Shown here piece after piece: positions 12,254-24,300 of a stretch of 64,000 nt of DNA. Both the position numbers and the translations under genes were made by a program. This stretch comes from Camelus dromedarius (taxonomy: Eukaryota). The number at the start of each line of letters is the position of its first letter. The first letter of the stretch is position 1. The stretch lies in contig NC_087436.1 of the NCBI RefSeq assembly GCF_036321535.1, positions 74,400,001 through 74,464,000 on the forward strand. Direction: 5' to 3'. A model generated the notes under the pieces. The model was not told where the DNA came from. It saw only the letters and a list, made by a program, of their open reading frames with translations, and did not search any database.

Positions 12254-12404
12254 GAGTGAAGACAAGGAAGCGGTGGGCAGGTTGGTCAACTGCCCTGCCT
12301 ACTACAGTGTGTCTGCTCCCAAGGCTGAACTTCTGAATAAAATCAAAGATATGCCAGAGGAAGTGAATGAGGAAGAGGAGCAGGCAGATGTCAATGAAAA
12401 GAAG
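12254..12404 (+). CDS. SHROOM3: SHROOM3 coding exon (151 nt), ASD2
   Basis: Acceptor ttctttctgacccag|G, donor AAG|gtaagg, phase 2-0. Encodes SEDKEAVGRLVNCPAYYSVSAPKAELLNKIKDMPEEVNEEEEQADVNEKK (YYSVSAPKAELL is a Shroom hallmark). Confidence 0.97.
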
Positions 12405-13859
12405 GTAAGGAGAGAATGGGGACCTTTGCTCTGCTGCCCTTGGAAAGACAGTTGAGGTCCTAGCAGGGTTACGGGCCTCTTCCAGCAGGAGTGCAAGGGG
12501 CCTGTCACATCACTGACCTTGCTCAATTTGCAAAGCACTTGGAGCACTGGCCTCACAGCTCTCCTGTCATTTTCGTTTTTACAAATGCCCAAAGTGAAGG
12601 TTAGGGGGATTGAGATATTTCCTAAAAGTCACATGGCTGGGACGAGAACTCAGGCCCTTGCTTTCTGGACCAACACAGGGACCCCGACACTGTTCTCGGC
12701 AGCTGCAGCCAATGCCAGTAGTCTGTAAATTTCATTTCATGTATCATGGTCAAAGGGAAACCAAAAAATCAAGAAACTTTAAGGAAAGAGAGACCAATTA
12801 CCCAAAGACACTTCTGAGAAGAGGCAGTGTTGCTCTTCAGACTCCCCAGCTCTCTTTGCCGTACATACCCCAGTGAACAGCTTGAAAGCACAGTATGGGA
12901 ATTTAGTTGTTAGCATTTGCTGCTCCTACAGAAATTTTAAATGTACAGCATGTTAAGAATGACCCTGATGCTGCTGTCTTCCCACATGCCATGGAGACCT
13001 AAGCCCAGCTGTGCCTGCAGGGGAGACAGTTCTTGCCTGGCTGCTTTCTTTCCAGCCCTAGAGGGGCTGCCTGCCCCTGTGCTCACAGCTCTCCGCGCAG
13101 CTCAGGCCTGCCTGCTGAAAGGACTCTTTTGTTAAAGCTTGCGTCGTGCTGAGCCTGGAATGTAAGAGATTCTCAGTGATACCAATCCCAGGAGAAATTC
13201 TCTTCTGTGATTCCGTTCATCTATTCTATAATGTGTCCTAAGCACTCTGGTTTATGTGTTGGAATGAGACCACAGGATATAGACCATGGGAGCAGGGAGC
13301 AGTGGGGCAGGAGGATTTAGGGATTTTAGAAGCACCTCTATCAGTGGTATTGCTTCTCCCCTCTGCCGCCCCAGCTCCGTTGGGCTCACAGCGCATGCCT
13401 AACATGCTGACGTGGTGCAGCTGCTGTAGGAACGCACACCCTCCCAGCGCAAGGTCTCCCCCTGTGCACGCCTGCTTTAGCACAGCTCCTGGCCCATCCC
13501 CACCTCAGCACAGCTGAACACTCCCATTTCATGGGGTTGGGGGGAAAACCACCTTGCTCAAGTCTGCCTGTATTTATCCCAAAGAGAGCTATATAAACAC
13601 TCTAAAAGTACCAAGCTGCCATGATATCTTTAACTGAACATTTTACAGAGTTTTTATCGTTCTGTTTTTTGGCATGTAGACATACTGCAGTAGCAGTGTG
13701 GCAAATTACTTGTTGCTCTTTCCTCCCCATCCTGATTTTACTTTTTAATTGCTTTTTCATCACTGTATTATCACCCTCTCAGTCTGGGGATTATGTGGCA
13801 AGAAGTATTTTTAGACTGCGAACCTGAAGGAAGAGAGGATTAGTCCGCACAGGAAATGA

Positions 13860-14340
13860 CACTGGGTACCATTTGTTTAGCACGCCTTAGTCCCAGATGT
13901 GGGCTATGGTGCTGTTTTTTTTTTTTAACATAGTGCTGTATTGTCTCCTTTATTTATATAAAACTGCTCTGACGCCTGTATTGTCACATTTTAAGCTGAA
14001 GTAATCAGAATGAGTCAGGACAGGAAGAGAAGGGGACGTTCAAGACAAAGGGGACAGCGCGGGAGAAGACGCAGAGGTGTGAGAAAATAAGAGGAGCGTG
14101 TGCGCTTGCGCGCGTGTGTTGAGAAAGAATGCTTCCAGGCGGTTTGATATTTTGGAATGTAAAACAAAAAGAGTCATGATTAAATTAGAAATTACCAAAT
14201 TTAGAGACCAAGAAGAAAGGTCTTGAATGGCAGGAGATGAGGCTGGGAGGATCCACGGGGGCAGGCTGTCACGGAAGTCACCCGGGCTTTGTGTGAAGCG
14301 CTGAAGAGCTCGCGTTTTACCCTGTAGCAGTAAAGATCCC
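13860..14340 (-). mobile_element. L2 LINE remnant
   Basis: Degenerate purine-rich L2-antisense motifs (GAAGAGCTCGCGTTTTACCCTGTAGCAGTAAAG; GAATGGCAGGAGATGAGGCTGG). Confidence 0.5.
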
Positions 14341-15219
14341 GGTGGGATTTTCTGTTTGTCTTAATGAACTACAAGTTTATTGATGTGTCATAGAATTTGT
14401 GTTCGTGTCACTTGCATTTACATATTTCACCTGGAAACAGAAAAAATGTGTAGGCTTTAAATGATGTTGTTGAAGGCACCTATGAATACATTTAGCTTGA
14501 AATTGAAAATGCAGTTATCTTCCTGGTATACAACAAGCTTTTCCAAGGATGGTTTTAAAACATGATACTTGATCATGATTGTTCTAAGGCAAGAGCATAG
14601 CCTTCCATTAACTTTTGCAAAATAGTAATTTATTGCCTAATATTTAAAGTGATTAATAACCTAAGATGTATTTCTAGGCATGAAACTCACTAACAGTGGA
14701 AACTAGAGTTCTGATTTATTAATATTTGAAAACTTGAAACTAGCATTTTAAATCAGTTCTACTTTATTTTCTACTTATATATCCTAGATGATGAATTACA
14801 GTATTCCAAGTAAATATAAATATTACTTAAAATATAAAACACTTGTTTTCTGAACTTCTGACATACATAAACTCTAAAGACAATTTAATAATCAGAGCTT
14901 TCAGTTCTTTGGTTAAGCTCTGCCGTATCTATTAGGCAAAAGTCTGCTTAACCAGATCCCGTGATTCTCTCTTCTGAAGGCCCAAAAGGCTTTAGCTTAG
15001 AGACTTAGTGGAATATTTCAAAAGGCAGAAAGAATCTGTTGTTCCCCCAAACTGGCTTTGCCAAGAGACCACCAGTGACCCAGATGGTTCTCAGCTGCTC
15101 AGTACTGTTGCTCTTGCTTCATTCTTGAAGTTCCAAGTTTCCCTCTGGTCTGTCTTCCTTTCAGCCTGAAAAACTTCCTTTAGCATTTCTCTTTTTATTT
15201 TATTTTTTTTGGCATTTGT

Positions 15220-16600
15220 CTAGTGGTGACAAATTCTTTTAGTTTTTCTTCATCTAAGAATGTCTATATTTCGCTATCATTCCTGAAGAATTAGTACTGG
15301 ATATGGAATTCTAAGCTGACTATTTTTTTCCTGTCAGCAAGTTAAAAATGTCCCATTCCTTCTTGCTTCCATGGTTTCCGATGGGAAAGCCATTTAAATA
15401 CTTGTTCTTCCTATATGCAATGTGTTGTTTTTCTCTGACTGCTTTCAGATTTTTTTCTTTGATTTTCAGCAGTTTGGTTATGATGCATTTGGGCCTGACT
15501 TTCTTTGGTTTATCTTATAGGGGTTTGCAAAGCTTCTTGATTCTGTAAATTTATGTCTTTCGCCAAATTCAGGAAGTTCTTAGCCATTGTGTCTTCAAGT
15601 ATTTTTTATGCATTAATCTTTTCCTTCTCCTTTTGGGACAAGTATTAGACCTTTTGATATGGCCCTGCAAGTCTCTCAAGCTTTGTTCATTTTTTTTTTA
15701 AATGTTTTGTCAGTTCAGATTTTCTAATGATCTTCAGTTTCACTGACTTTCCTGTCTCCCTTCTGCCAGTGATTTTTTTTAAATTTCAAATATTATAGTT
15801 TTCTGTTCTAAAATTTCCATTCAGTTAGTTTTTTGTAGTGTCTATTTCTTTACTAAGATCTCCTACCTTTCTATTCAAGAGTGTTTACTTTTACCATGGA
15901 GAATAGTTATAAAAGCCATTTTAAAGGCTTTGATAGTCCCAACATTGGGATTATCTCAGGGTTAGCACCCTTCTCCCCCTGAGATTGCTCACGTTTTACT
16001 GGTTCTTTTCATATTGGGTAATACTGTATTCTGAACGTTTTGAGTATTATACTGTAAGACTCTGGGTTCTGTTGGAATCCTCTGAAGAATGTCAGTGTAT
16101 TGTTTTAGAAGGCAGTCAGCGTAGTTAGGTTCAGGCCACCTTACCTTTAGGTGGTGGTTCCAGTGTCAGTTCAGTGTTCAGAGCCTTTGCTGTGCTGTAT
16201 GTGTCTGACCCATCCAGGCACCTTTCAGTTCAGGTCTCAGAGCCTTTGCTGTGCTGCTTTGGGTCTGTCCCGTACACATGTGGCTTGAGGGTGAGCCAGG
16301 ACCTAGGGCAGTAGAATTATGGGATCTTTTTTCCCGCTCTCTCCTGTCCAGTATCCCCCACGCTCTCTGGCTCCCAGTGGCCCCTTTTCCTGGGTCTCTG
16401 ACTGGAAACAGACAAGTTCTCATGATGTTAACAACAGCCTGCGTGGCTAGGACTATCCTCGATACAAGAGAAAAAATTGTGGGCCTTCGCCTCCCAGTCT
16501 CTGGACGGGGGTTCCTTTTCTCAGTTCCTGTGAAAGAAAGAAGGGTTGTCCTTGGGGTTTTAAGTGTCTGTGCCATGCAGCTCTGAGAGTAGAGCCACCG
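15220..16600 (-). mobile_element. Old L1M 5'/ORF1-region fragment, antisense in intron
   Basis: T-rich antisense-L1 signature (AACTTCCTTTAGCATTTCT, ACAAATTCTTTAGTTTTTC..TCTAAGAATGTCT, TTCAGGAAGTTCTTAGCCATT). Includes a 20-nt repeat TCAGAGCCTTTGCTGTGCTG at 16178 and 16237. Confidence 0.75.
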
Positions 16601-16959
16601 GGGTGGGCGGGAGCAAGATGAGGGAAGAACAGGATTTCCCCACATGCTTTATCTCAGAGAAGGCGGTGCTTTTTTCAGTGCTTCTGCTGCCCTGCCTCTG
16701 TGCAGTTCAGCACAGGGGCTATTCTGTGGTCAGAGCTAGAACACAAAGGGGAGAACACAGGACACTCACCCCATTCTGGGTGGTATTCAGGTCAGGCTCC
16801 CCTCCCCAGCACCCTGCCACACTTAACCTCACAGAGCCCTCCTCGGGGTCCTGGGAGGGTCGTTGCAGTCAGTAGGGGAGAGGCTGCAGTGGGCTTAAGC
16901 CATCTGGCCGAGGTCAGGTGTGCCCCCACCCCTGGGTTCATCAGCAGGGAGGGAGCCAT

Positions 16960-17290
16960 GGTGGATTCACGTTTCAGGAAAGTCTCTCTGGCAGCTGTGT
17001 GTGGAGTCAGACAGGAGGAAGAGAGGGCAGTTGGGAGGGTGTGGCAGCCATCCAGGGAAGTGACCCTACGGGTCTCAGGGAGGGGCAGCCGGAGCAGTGA
17101 AAACAGATGGGCTTACGTTTATATAAAGGAAGTAAAACAGACAGAACCTGGTAGCAGATCAGGCGTGGAGCATGGAAGAGAGGAAGTAGTTGACACCGGC
17201 GTTCCTGGCCTGGGTGACCGGCCTAACAGGAATGGGGACAGCAGGGAGGTCGTTTGGAAAGGGAGGGATGAGTTGAGTTGAATGTATAGA
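16960..17290 (-). mobile_element. L2 LINE remnant
   Basis: GAGGGCAGTTGGGAGGG..CAGCCATCCAGGGAAG..GGGAGGGATGAGTTGAGTTGAATGT resembles L2 antisense. Confidence 0.55.
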
Positions 17291-17984
17291 AAGGTAATAT
17301 TCTTTCTTGTATGTCAAAGATTCCTGATACCTGAACTAAGAGACCACACTAAGTAAATATGACAACTTTCTGGTCACGGGTCTTCCCAGGAGGAAATGGC
17401 AGAGAACCACCCTTGACAGAGAGTGTAGTAGAGAATATCTGAAGTGGCGGTCGAGTTCCCATGACCTTTCTGCTTTGATCAGGTCACACAGCAGGGATGG
17501 AGGTTTGTTCAGGAGAGAAACTGCAGTGCAGCTAAAGCACACAGTCGTACACTGCTGCCTGGATCCTCCCGTTTCAAATCAAAGAAACAGCAGCAAAGCC
17601 TGTGCATTGAACACCTTTATCTAGTCCTAGTTTTTACCAGCTCAGCCAGGCAGCTAGGAGTCCTGGATTATTCTTGTTTAGACGAAGACAGGCAGCAGTA
17701 GAGGCCAGTGGTGTGTTTGTAGCGATGTTATTGGCAATGCTGTCGGCAAGGTCCTCAGAGCAGACGGCGAAGCAGCGTGGTTTGGTGTGGGGAGAAGTCG
17801 GGTGTGTTCCCCTCAGCGCGTCTGCCTAAATGACTAGGGTGTGTTCCTCAAGTATTGCCTGACCTTAATAATAGCACAAAACAGTAACGTGAATGTGTGT
17901 AGTACTTTGACATTTTCCAAAGTGCCTGCACACACTTTGTTTTATTTGAGCCTCACAGTGTTCCTCTGAGCTGCTTTAATGTAG

Positions 17985-18190
17985 TGGTGAAACCTGAACC
18001 CTGCAGCCGGACGACTTGGATTTTAGCCTGGCACTGCCTGAGCTTGGGCAAGTCAAATAGCCTCCGTTGCCTCACTTTCCTCATCAGTAAAAGGGGACTA
18101 GTGACAGCACCCATCCCATAGCGTGGTTGTGAGTAGTCATTGAATAGGAAAACTCCTAAATGGTGCCTGGTGTGGAGAAAGTGCTCAGTG
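17985..18190 (+). mobile_element. MIR SINE
   Basis: GAGCTTGGGCAAGTCAAATAGCCTCCGTTGCCTCACTTTCCTCATCAGTAAAAGGGGA..GTGCCTGG matches the MIR core. Confidence 0.8.
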
Positions 18191-19754
18191 ATTAAACATA
18201 ACTGTTAGTTTTAGGCAGGTATTCGGATGCCCTTGCTGTGGATGAAAAAACAGACAACAGCCTGATGGTGAGTGTTCTGTCAGAGCCAGGTCTCCTGACT
18301 CCTGGTCAGTGTGCGAGCCAGAGCCAGAGTCAGAGCTGGAGCAGTGAGGAGGTGGGAAGGGGCCCAGCAAAGTTTCTGTGCGCAGATGGTGAGGTGGGCG
18401 GGAGGATCTGTTAAGCTATGTTTGGAGAAAAAACCCTTATAAATAGCATCTCATGCGAGGCAAGTTAACAGTTTATGCCAGATGAGAAGTGAATAAATGT
18501 CAGTGATTTTGCAAATTAACTAGCTCCTGAAAGACTAGCATGTTGTTAAAAAAAAAAAAAATCAAAACACCTCTTCTCTCTTCCCCATTGAATTCTATCG
18601 GGTGTAAGTTGGCTGTTTTTTTGGAGAGATCTGCCTGGCAGAGAAATGGCTGTCTGGTACAGCCAACTTTCTCTTGTTGCCTTCAGTTACTCAGATCCCT
18701 CTTAACTGCATTTTAAAATCCAAGTCCCCATATTTTAAGGGCTTGGTAAAATTAAAAAATTCAAATACCATCCAAATGTGCAACCTTTGGGCCAGGAGTG
18801 ACTGCTCCTGGTAACACTAATATTAGCAGATATGGTTGAGCTGTGATGTGTCCCGTGACAGCCCAGCCAACAACTTTTAGATGTCAAAATGCCACAACAT
18901 GTATGTTGCTTCTTCTCACAGAAGCCTCCCTGGACCACTCCTAGGCATCTTCCTCCCATTCTGTTCTTCCTTGTCCCATGAAGCCCAGGGTACACACCAG
19001 CTCCTGTGCAGATAGGTTTACAGTTCTGCCTGCAGTGATGTCTCTGAAAACCAAAACAAGGTCTGCAGGGGAAAGACTGAGTGGGTTCGAGCTGAACCCT
19101 GACGGCGCTTCAGCTGTGTCACATTCTTTGACCCGTCCTTCCCCACTGAACCACGCTCACGTGGTGCCTGCCCTTCTAGCACGGCTGCCCCGTCACCTTT
19201 AATTAGAGCCAGAACTTGGACATGTCAAGGACATTATAAGCCCTACTTAGATTGAAGGAGCCTGAGAAAGTTAGTGAGCCGAGTTCAGCGGAAACTCAGG
19301 GGCAGAGTTCTCCCCTCCCTTCACCACCCACCCCAACGTGTGAGGACAGACATAGCCACACTGCTTTCTACTCGTTTGCAAATTAAAAATCATCACACCT
19401 GTCCCTTAAAATGCCAGCTACTGAGAGCCGTAATGGGCATTTTTTAAATGATATCAATTGCATTATTAAGTTCTTTGAGTTCCTTCCAGAAATGACACAC
19501 AATATTAGTTTCAAAAGAAGTCATGTTTATAGGAATAATGGAACCCATACAACTGTTCCCTTCTATTCTTTTCTACTCTTGTTTTTTTTTTTTAAGCTGC
19601 TTCTAGAAGCTGTACTTCTGGAGAGGTGAGATTGAAATGGATCCCAAAGCACCTGAATAAGAGGAAGGCTTTTTCCTGGGGTTGAGGTGATAAGAGTGTT
19701 GTTGCTCAGTGAACTACCTCTTTGAATTCTCTCTAACCTGGTTTTCTATAAGGC

Positions 19755-19771
19755 GGTGCCATCTGGTGACA
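19755..19771 (-). promoter_or_regulatory. CTCF consensus motif
   Basis: Minus strand reads TGTCACCAGATGGCACC, close to the CTCF core (C)CAC(C/T)AG(A/G)(T/G)GGC(A/G)(C/G). Motif only; no occupancy data. Confidence 0.5.
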
Positions 19772-21099
19772 GAGTGGAGAGCCTAGGAAATGAAGCTGTG
19801 AGGCGAACAGCTCCCAGGCTGACTTCATGTAGATGTCAGTCTCTCTCATTATCTGTCTGAAAGACAGGAATGGTGACATTTGACTCGTCCTGCCCGTGCC
19901 CTGCAGGGATGTTGGGAGACGTGATGGCAGACATCTTGGTTTTCCCTCTTGCTCTCCGTTCTGGTATCCTTGTGCCCTCTTCCACAGTGCAAGATCGTCA
20001 CGTCCCACCGGGCGTTTTGCTGCAGGTCCCTAGCAGATCATCTTGTAGGCGAATAACGTAACTTCCAGCCAGAATTGTTTTTTCAGAAAATGATATTTTC
20101 CAGGGAAATATAAGGAGAATTAAACAAATGACATTAAACAATATTCTCTCCCACCTGCATTTTTCTTCAGTGGACAACTAATATACATTACACATTTTTT
20201 TCCACTACCAAAATTGTCTTTTACATCGACCTTGTCTTAACTAAACTGCCTGTAGAGAGCCAAAGAGTATAGCCCACAGCCAGTCAGTGCAGCAGATGGA
20301 AGTGCTTAGTCCCCCTTCGGTCTCTGGGATTAGACGAGTAGAGAAGACAATGAGATGTCCCCATTTTAGCCAGAACTTGGACATGTCAAGGACGTTATGA
20401 ACCTCACCTAGACTGAAGTGGCTCTGGTGTTCCAGCTTAAAGATGGGCAGATCATGGAGAAATATTTTCCTGTATCATTGTGATGATTGTGTTCTGTGGT
20501 GCTCATGTTGAAGAAATAGTAGACAAAGGCATCAGTACCCTTCAATTCTGTTTGTCAAAAATGTTTCTATTTTTCCCTTCCTTTAAAATGAAGATTTACT
20601 CTAACATAGAAATTGTGACCCTTGTTTACCAAGTTTCCAACTGAAGCCACACAGCTTAGGTTTACACACACAAACACACATATCAATTTTGAGCTGGAAC
20701 CTTCTTAGTGGTAAAGAAATAGGTTTTAACCAAAAAAAGATTATGTTCCTTTTCCATCCGGCTACCTTAGGTGAAGAGAAAAATGAAGGACTAATCTAAA
20801 AAGCCATGGAGTCTTATTTCTCCTGCAGCGAGGTAGTAGTGGACACTTCCTATCAATGAAGTCAAACTAAGACCTCTACTTCACCCCTTCAGCTAAATAT
20901 AGTGGGTGTTTGTGTAATTGTTTTATATGTATAGAAATTTGTAAGTAAGGTGGCAAATTACATGGCTCTGGGAACTGGAGACTGTGGGTGCAGTGGACAG
21001 GACGAGGGGCTGAGTTCTGACAGCAGTCTTGGCGTGGATATTTACAGTGACTGTACAAGGGCGGCCCCCGGAGTCCTGCTGACCTGAGTTCACGGCAGC

Positions 21100-21430
21100 C
21101 CCCCTGGGGTGCACGTGTCTTAGCCTCACTTCACCTCACTAAGTCTTAGTTTCCTCGCCTGTTGTCCGATTTGGTTAAAGCAGTATCTACTACGAGACTG
21201 CTGGGAAGACTACATGACATGATCCACAGGTTCTCGTACAGTGTCTGGCACATAGTAATTGCTCTACAGATGGTATCTGTGATTAATACTCAACTCAGCT
21301 CTGTGCTCTTGGGCAAGTCCCTTAATTCCTTTGACTCTGGGTTTCTCTATTTGTAAAACAAGAATATTTACCCTACTGGGCTCTGGTATTGTTGTGAGGT
21401 TCAAATGAGAACATGTCTTGAGAAGACTTT
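21100..21430 (+). mobile_element. Two adjacent MIR fragments
   Basis: CTCAGCTCTGTGCTCTTGGGCAAGTCCCTTAA..TCTATTTGTAAAA..GTTGTGAGGTTCAAATGAG, plus an upstream copy ending CAGTGTCTGGCACATAGTAATTGCTC. Confidence 0.7.
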
Positions 21431-21748
21431 TAAAGGTGAGTAGTTAACAAACCAGTTGGGAAGGCAGAGCTGTGCCCGGCCGGACACAGTTGGAAAACAT
21501 TCCGAGACGATGTGTCATGGAGCATGGGCCTGCGAGGACAGAGTAGAACAGGTTCAGGGAAAGGCAGTGGTAGACATTCAGGGAAAGGAAAGATCGTGGC
21601 TTAATGTTGAGGGGGGCAGTCTGTAAGGAATAGAGGGGGGCCTTCAGCTGAGCCTCAAAGACAAGACAGGAAGGATGCAGCTGGGAGAAGTGGATCCGCT
21701 TTCCACTGACCACTCAAGCTGGCTCATTCTTGCTGTGTCTCGTTACAG

Positions 21749-22021
21749 GCAGAGCTCATTGCGAGCCTCACTCACAAGCTGGAGACCCTCCAGGAGGCGA
21801 AGGGGAGCCTGCTCATGGACATCAAGCTCAACAATGCCCTGGGGGAGGAGGTGGGGGCCTGGATCGGCGAGCTCTGCAAGCCCAACGAGATTGACAAGTA
21901 CAAGATGTTCATTGGGGACTTGGACAAGGTCGTGAACCTGCTGCTCTCCCTCTCGGGGCGCCTGGCCCGCGTGGAGAATGTCCTCAGCGGCCTTGGTGAA
22001 GATGCCAGTGACGAGGAAAGG
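21749..22021 (+). CDS. SHROOM3: SHROOM3 coding exon (273 nt), ASD2 core with ROCK-binding surface
   Basis: Acceptor tgtctcgttacag|GCA, donor AGG|gtaggt, phase 0-0. Encodes AELIASLTHKLETLQEAKGSLLMDIKLNNALG...MFIGDLDKVVNLLLSLSGRLARVENVL. Confidence 0.98.
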
Positions 22022-22589
22022 GTAGGTGGCCTAGCCTCTGAGCCTGTGTACACAGAGAAGTACGATTAGGCAGGAGCCCTCCTGGAGAAGGTCACCATCT
22101 CTTTGGGGCAGGGAGAGAGCGCAACGTACAGATAAGCAGGGAGCAGAGAAGAAGGCATCTTCCACCCCAGGATGTCGTGCTGACACTTCAGCCTCGGGGA
22201 ACACTTAGGGAAGTAGAAACATGGGTGCCAGAGTTCCCTTCCTTCCTTTCTATCCCAGAAAAAGGAAAGATAAAAGCATGATGACATTAAAAAACAAGAG
22301 AGAGGGACAACAAAGCTGCTGGGGACGCAGAGGGGGTGCAGGAGCATGAGCTCCGGCTGCAGGGCACTGCACCCCTTCCTGGAGTGAGCGGTGGTGCTGC
22401 CGGGGTGAATCCAAGCGCTCCCCCCGCACCAGGCGCTGTGGGCTTACACGCCTGAGGTGAGTCCTGTTGAGTCCTCACCACAGACCAGTGGGCAGTGGAG
22501 CCAGGGTAGGAGGAGTCCAGCTGCCGCCCCCGGTATTATGCACCTCGTTGGACTTAAGTCCATAGGTACAGAGCATTCTTCATCTGCTC

Positions 22590-24300
22590 ATCTGCACAGC
22601 AGAAGTTTACCTCGTGTCCAGTATGTGCCACTTACTGGTCCAGACACTGGGGATACTCTGTGAACAAAGCAGATAGACCCCCACCCTCATGGAACAAACG
22701 TACCAAGGGAGGTCAGACAGTAAACTAGCTCTCACTGGTTTTCATATCCATGCCCAAAAACTGGGTGCTCTGGCCAACCAGGGGCTCTGGCTCCTGGCCT
22801 CAGCTCTCCCTCTCAGTGCTCTCTGGGGGTTCCCAATTATCTCTCCTAATGTACTGCATGCAAAGGAAAGATGGCTTTTTTCGAGTAGATTTTAAAAGGA
22901 TGAGACATCTAGATGGTAAGCTTTAGGCATGTGACTCTGAGCATCCAGGAACTTTCGGCAGCCCCTCTCTGGCGAGTGCCCTCTTTGTGTAAATGCACTG
23001 AGCCATCGCTTCCTCACTTAGAAACTGTCTAACTGTACTTGTCTCAAATGTGCTGTCCTTTCCACCTTCCTGGTTCCACTCAGTAAACAGCTAACAAGAA
23101 CCTGTCAAATACTAGGCGCTACCTGAGCTAGGGCTGAACGCTGGCTGGAAACGGGCCCTCCCTCCAGGAACTTGCCAGGTAGTGAGCAGAACCAGTGCAG
23201 AAGCAGCGACTGCATCCAGCGTGCTGCAGCACAGCCGTACACGCAGAGCCGTGAGGACAGGTGAGGTCAGGAAGGACTGCACACAAGTGGCGCTTGAATG
23301 GAGTCTAGAAGAATTTCTCAAATCCAAGTGGTCTAAGAGGGGAAGGGCGTCTTCATTTAGAAGGAATGCCATGGAAGAAATCAAGACAGACCACGGCATG
23401 TCCAAGAACTGATATACATGTGCTTGGTATGTCTAGAGCACAGAGTGACTGCTTGGTGTTTTTAAAAACAGCGACTTGTAGGAAATATTAGAAAAGTGTG
23501 TTGTCAGGGAACTAACAGGCAGTAGATGGCTCAATCAAAAGGGGTAAGGGAAGAAAGTTCCGGAAAGGTGTGGGAGGGATTATGGGACACTATAAAGGTA
23601 TAACAAGGCCCCTCTGTCCCCCAGGGGATGCCATTACTGCCTCTGGACTGGCAGGAGCAGGAGGAAGGGGCCTTATCAGAATGCAGGCCTATCAGAACAC
23701 CTTATCGGAACACTGAGTCCTACAGCACTGAGGCCTGGGGGGATAGGATGTGGCCACCACTGCCTGGCAAGGAGGGAGCCCGGGATAAAGTCCCCAGTTT
23801 CTTCTTCCTCCCACCTTCCAGTTTCCTGCCCATGACCCCCAGTGACCAAACCCAGGGGGCAAGGGAGCCCAGTGGATGCCGCATCCAGAGGGGTTCAGCT
23901 TCCATAGACACAGAGCAGGGCTGAGGAGTGTGGATCTGGAGTGGGATCTAGTGCGGATAAGAATCACAAAGACCTGTGGGTCATATGTTAGCCTGTGGGC
24001 CTGGAGAGCCATGAACTAATTTCATGACATAATCAGCCATGTTAACTAATGCTTACAGCTGGGAGACTTACTGTAATAGTCTAGCAAGCAGGGTTTAGGC
24101 TATTAATTTAGGCAGTTGTCATGGGGATAGAGAATAGGGTGTGAGAGAATGAGTTTGAATTAGCAGAGCACGTTAGAGGAGGGGAAGGACGGAGCTGAAG
24201 GTAGTTCCACGTTTCCTGCTTGGTCCCTTGGATGGAGGCTGCAGGCATCTGAGATAAGGAGCGGTTCTTAGTTTGGGGAAGAAGAGTTGTTCCAGAATTG
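22590..24300 (-). mobile_element. Fragmented L2 LINE (pieces at ~22590-22730, 23200-23420, 23900-24300)
   Basis: CCAGACACTGGGGATACTCTGTGAACAAAGCAGA..CCCTCATGGAAC is the L2 3' end in antisense; further degenerate L2-like pieces follow. Confidence 0.55.

Noticed and set aside
16178-16256. 20-nt direct repeat with 59-nt period
   Set aside because: Only two units, inside an old L1 5' region where tandem monomers are common; not CRISPR-like or otherwise novel.
16178-17281. ORFs of 155, 111, 103 and 193 aa in the long intron
   Set aside because: They lie over decayed L1 5' and L2 sequence, mostly use non-ATG starts and resemble no known protein.
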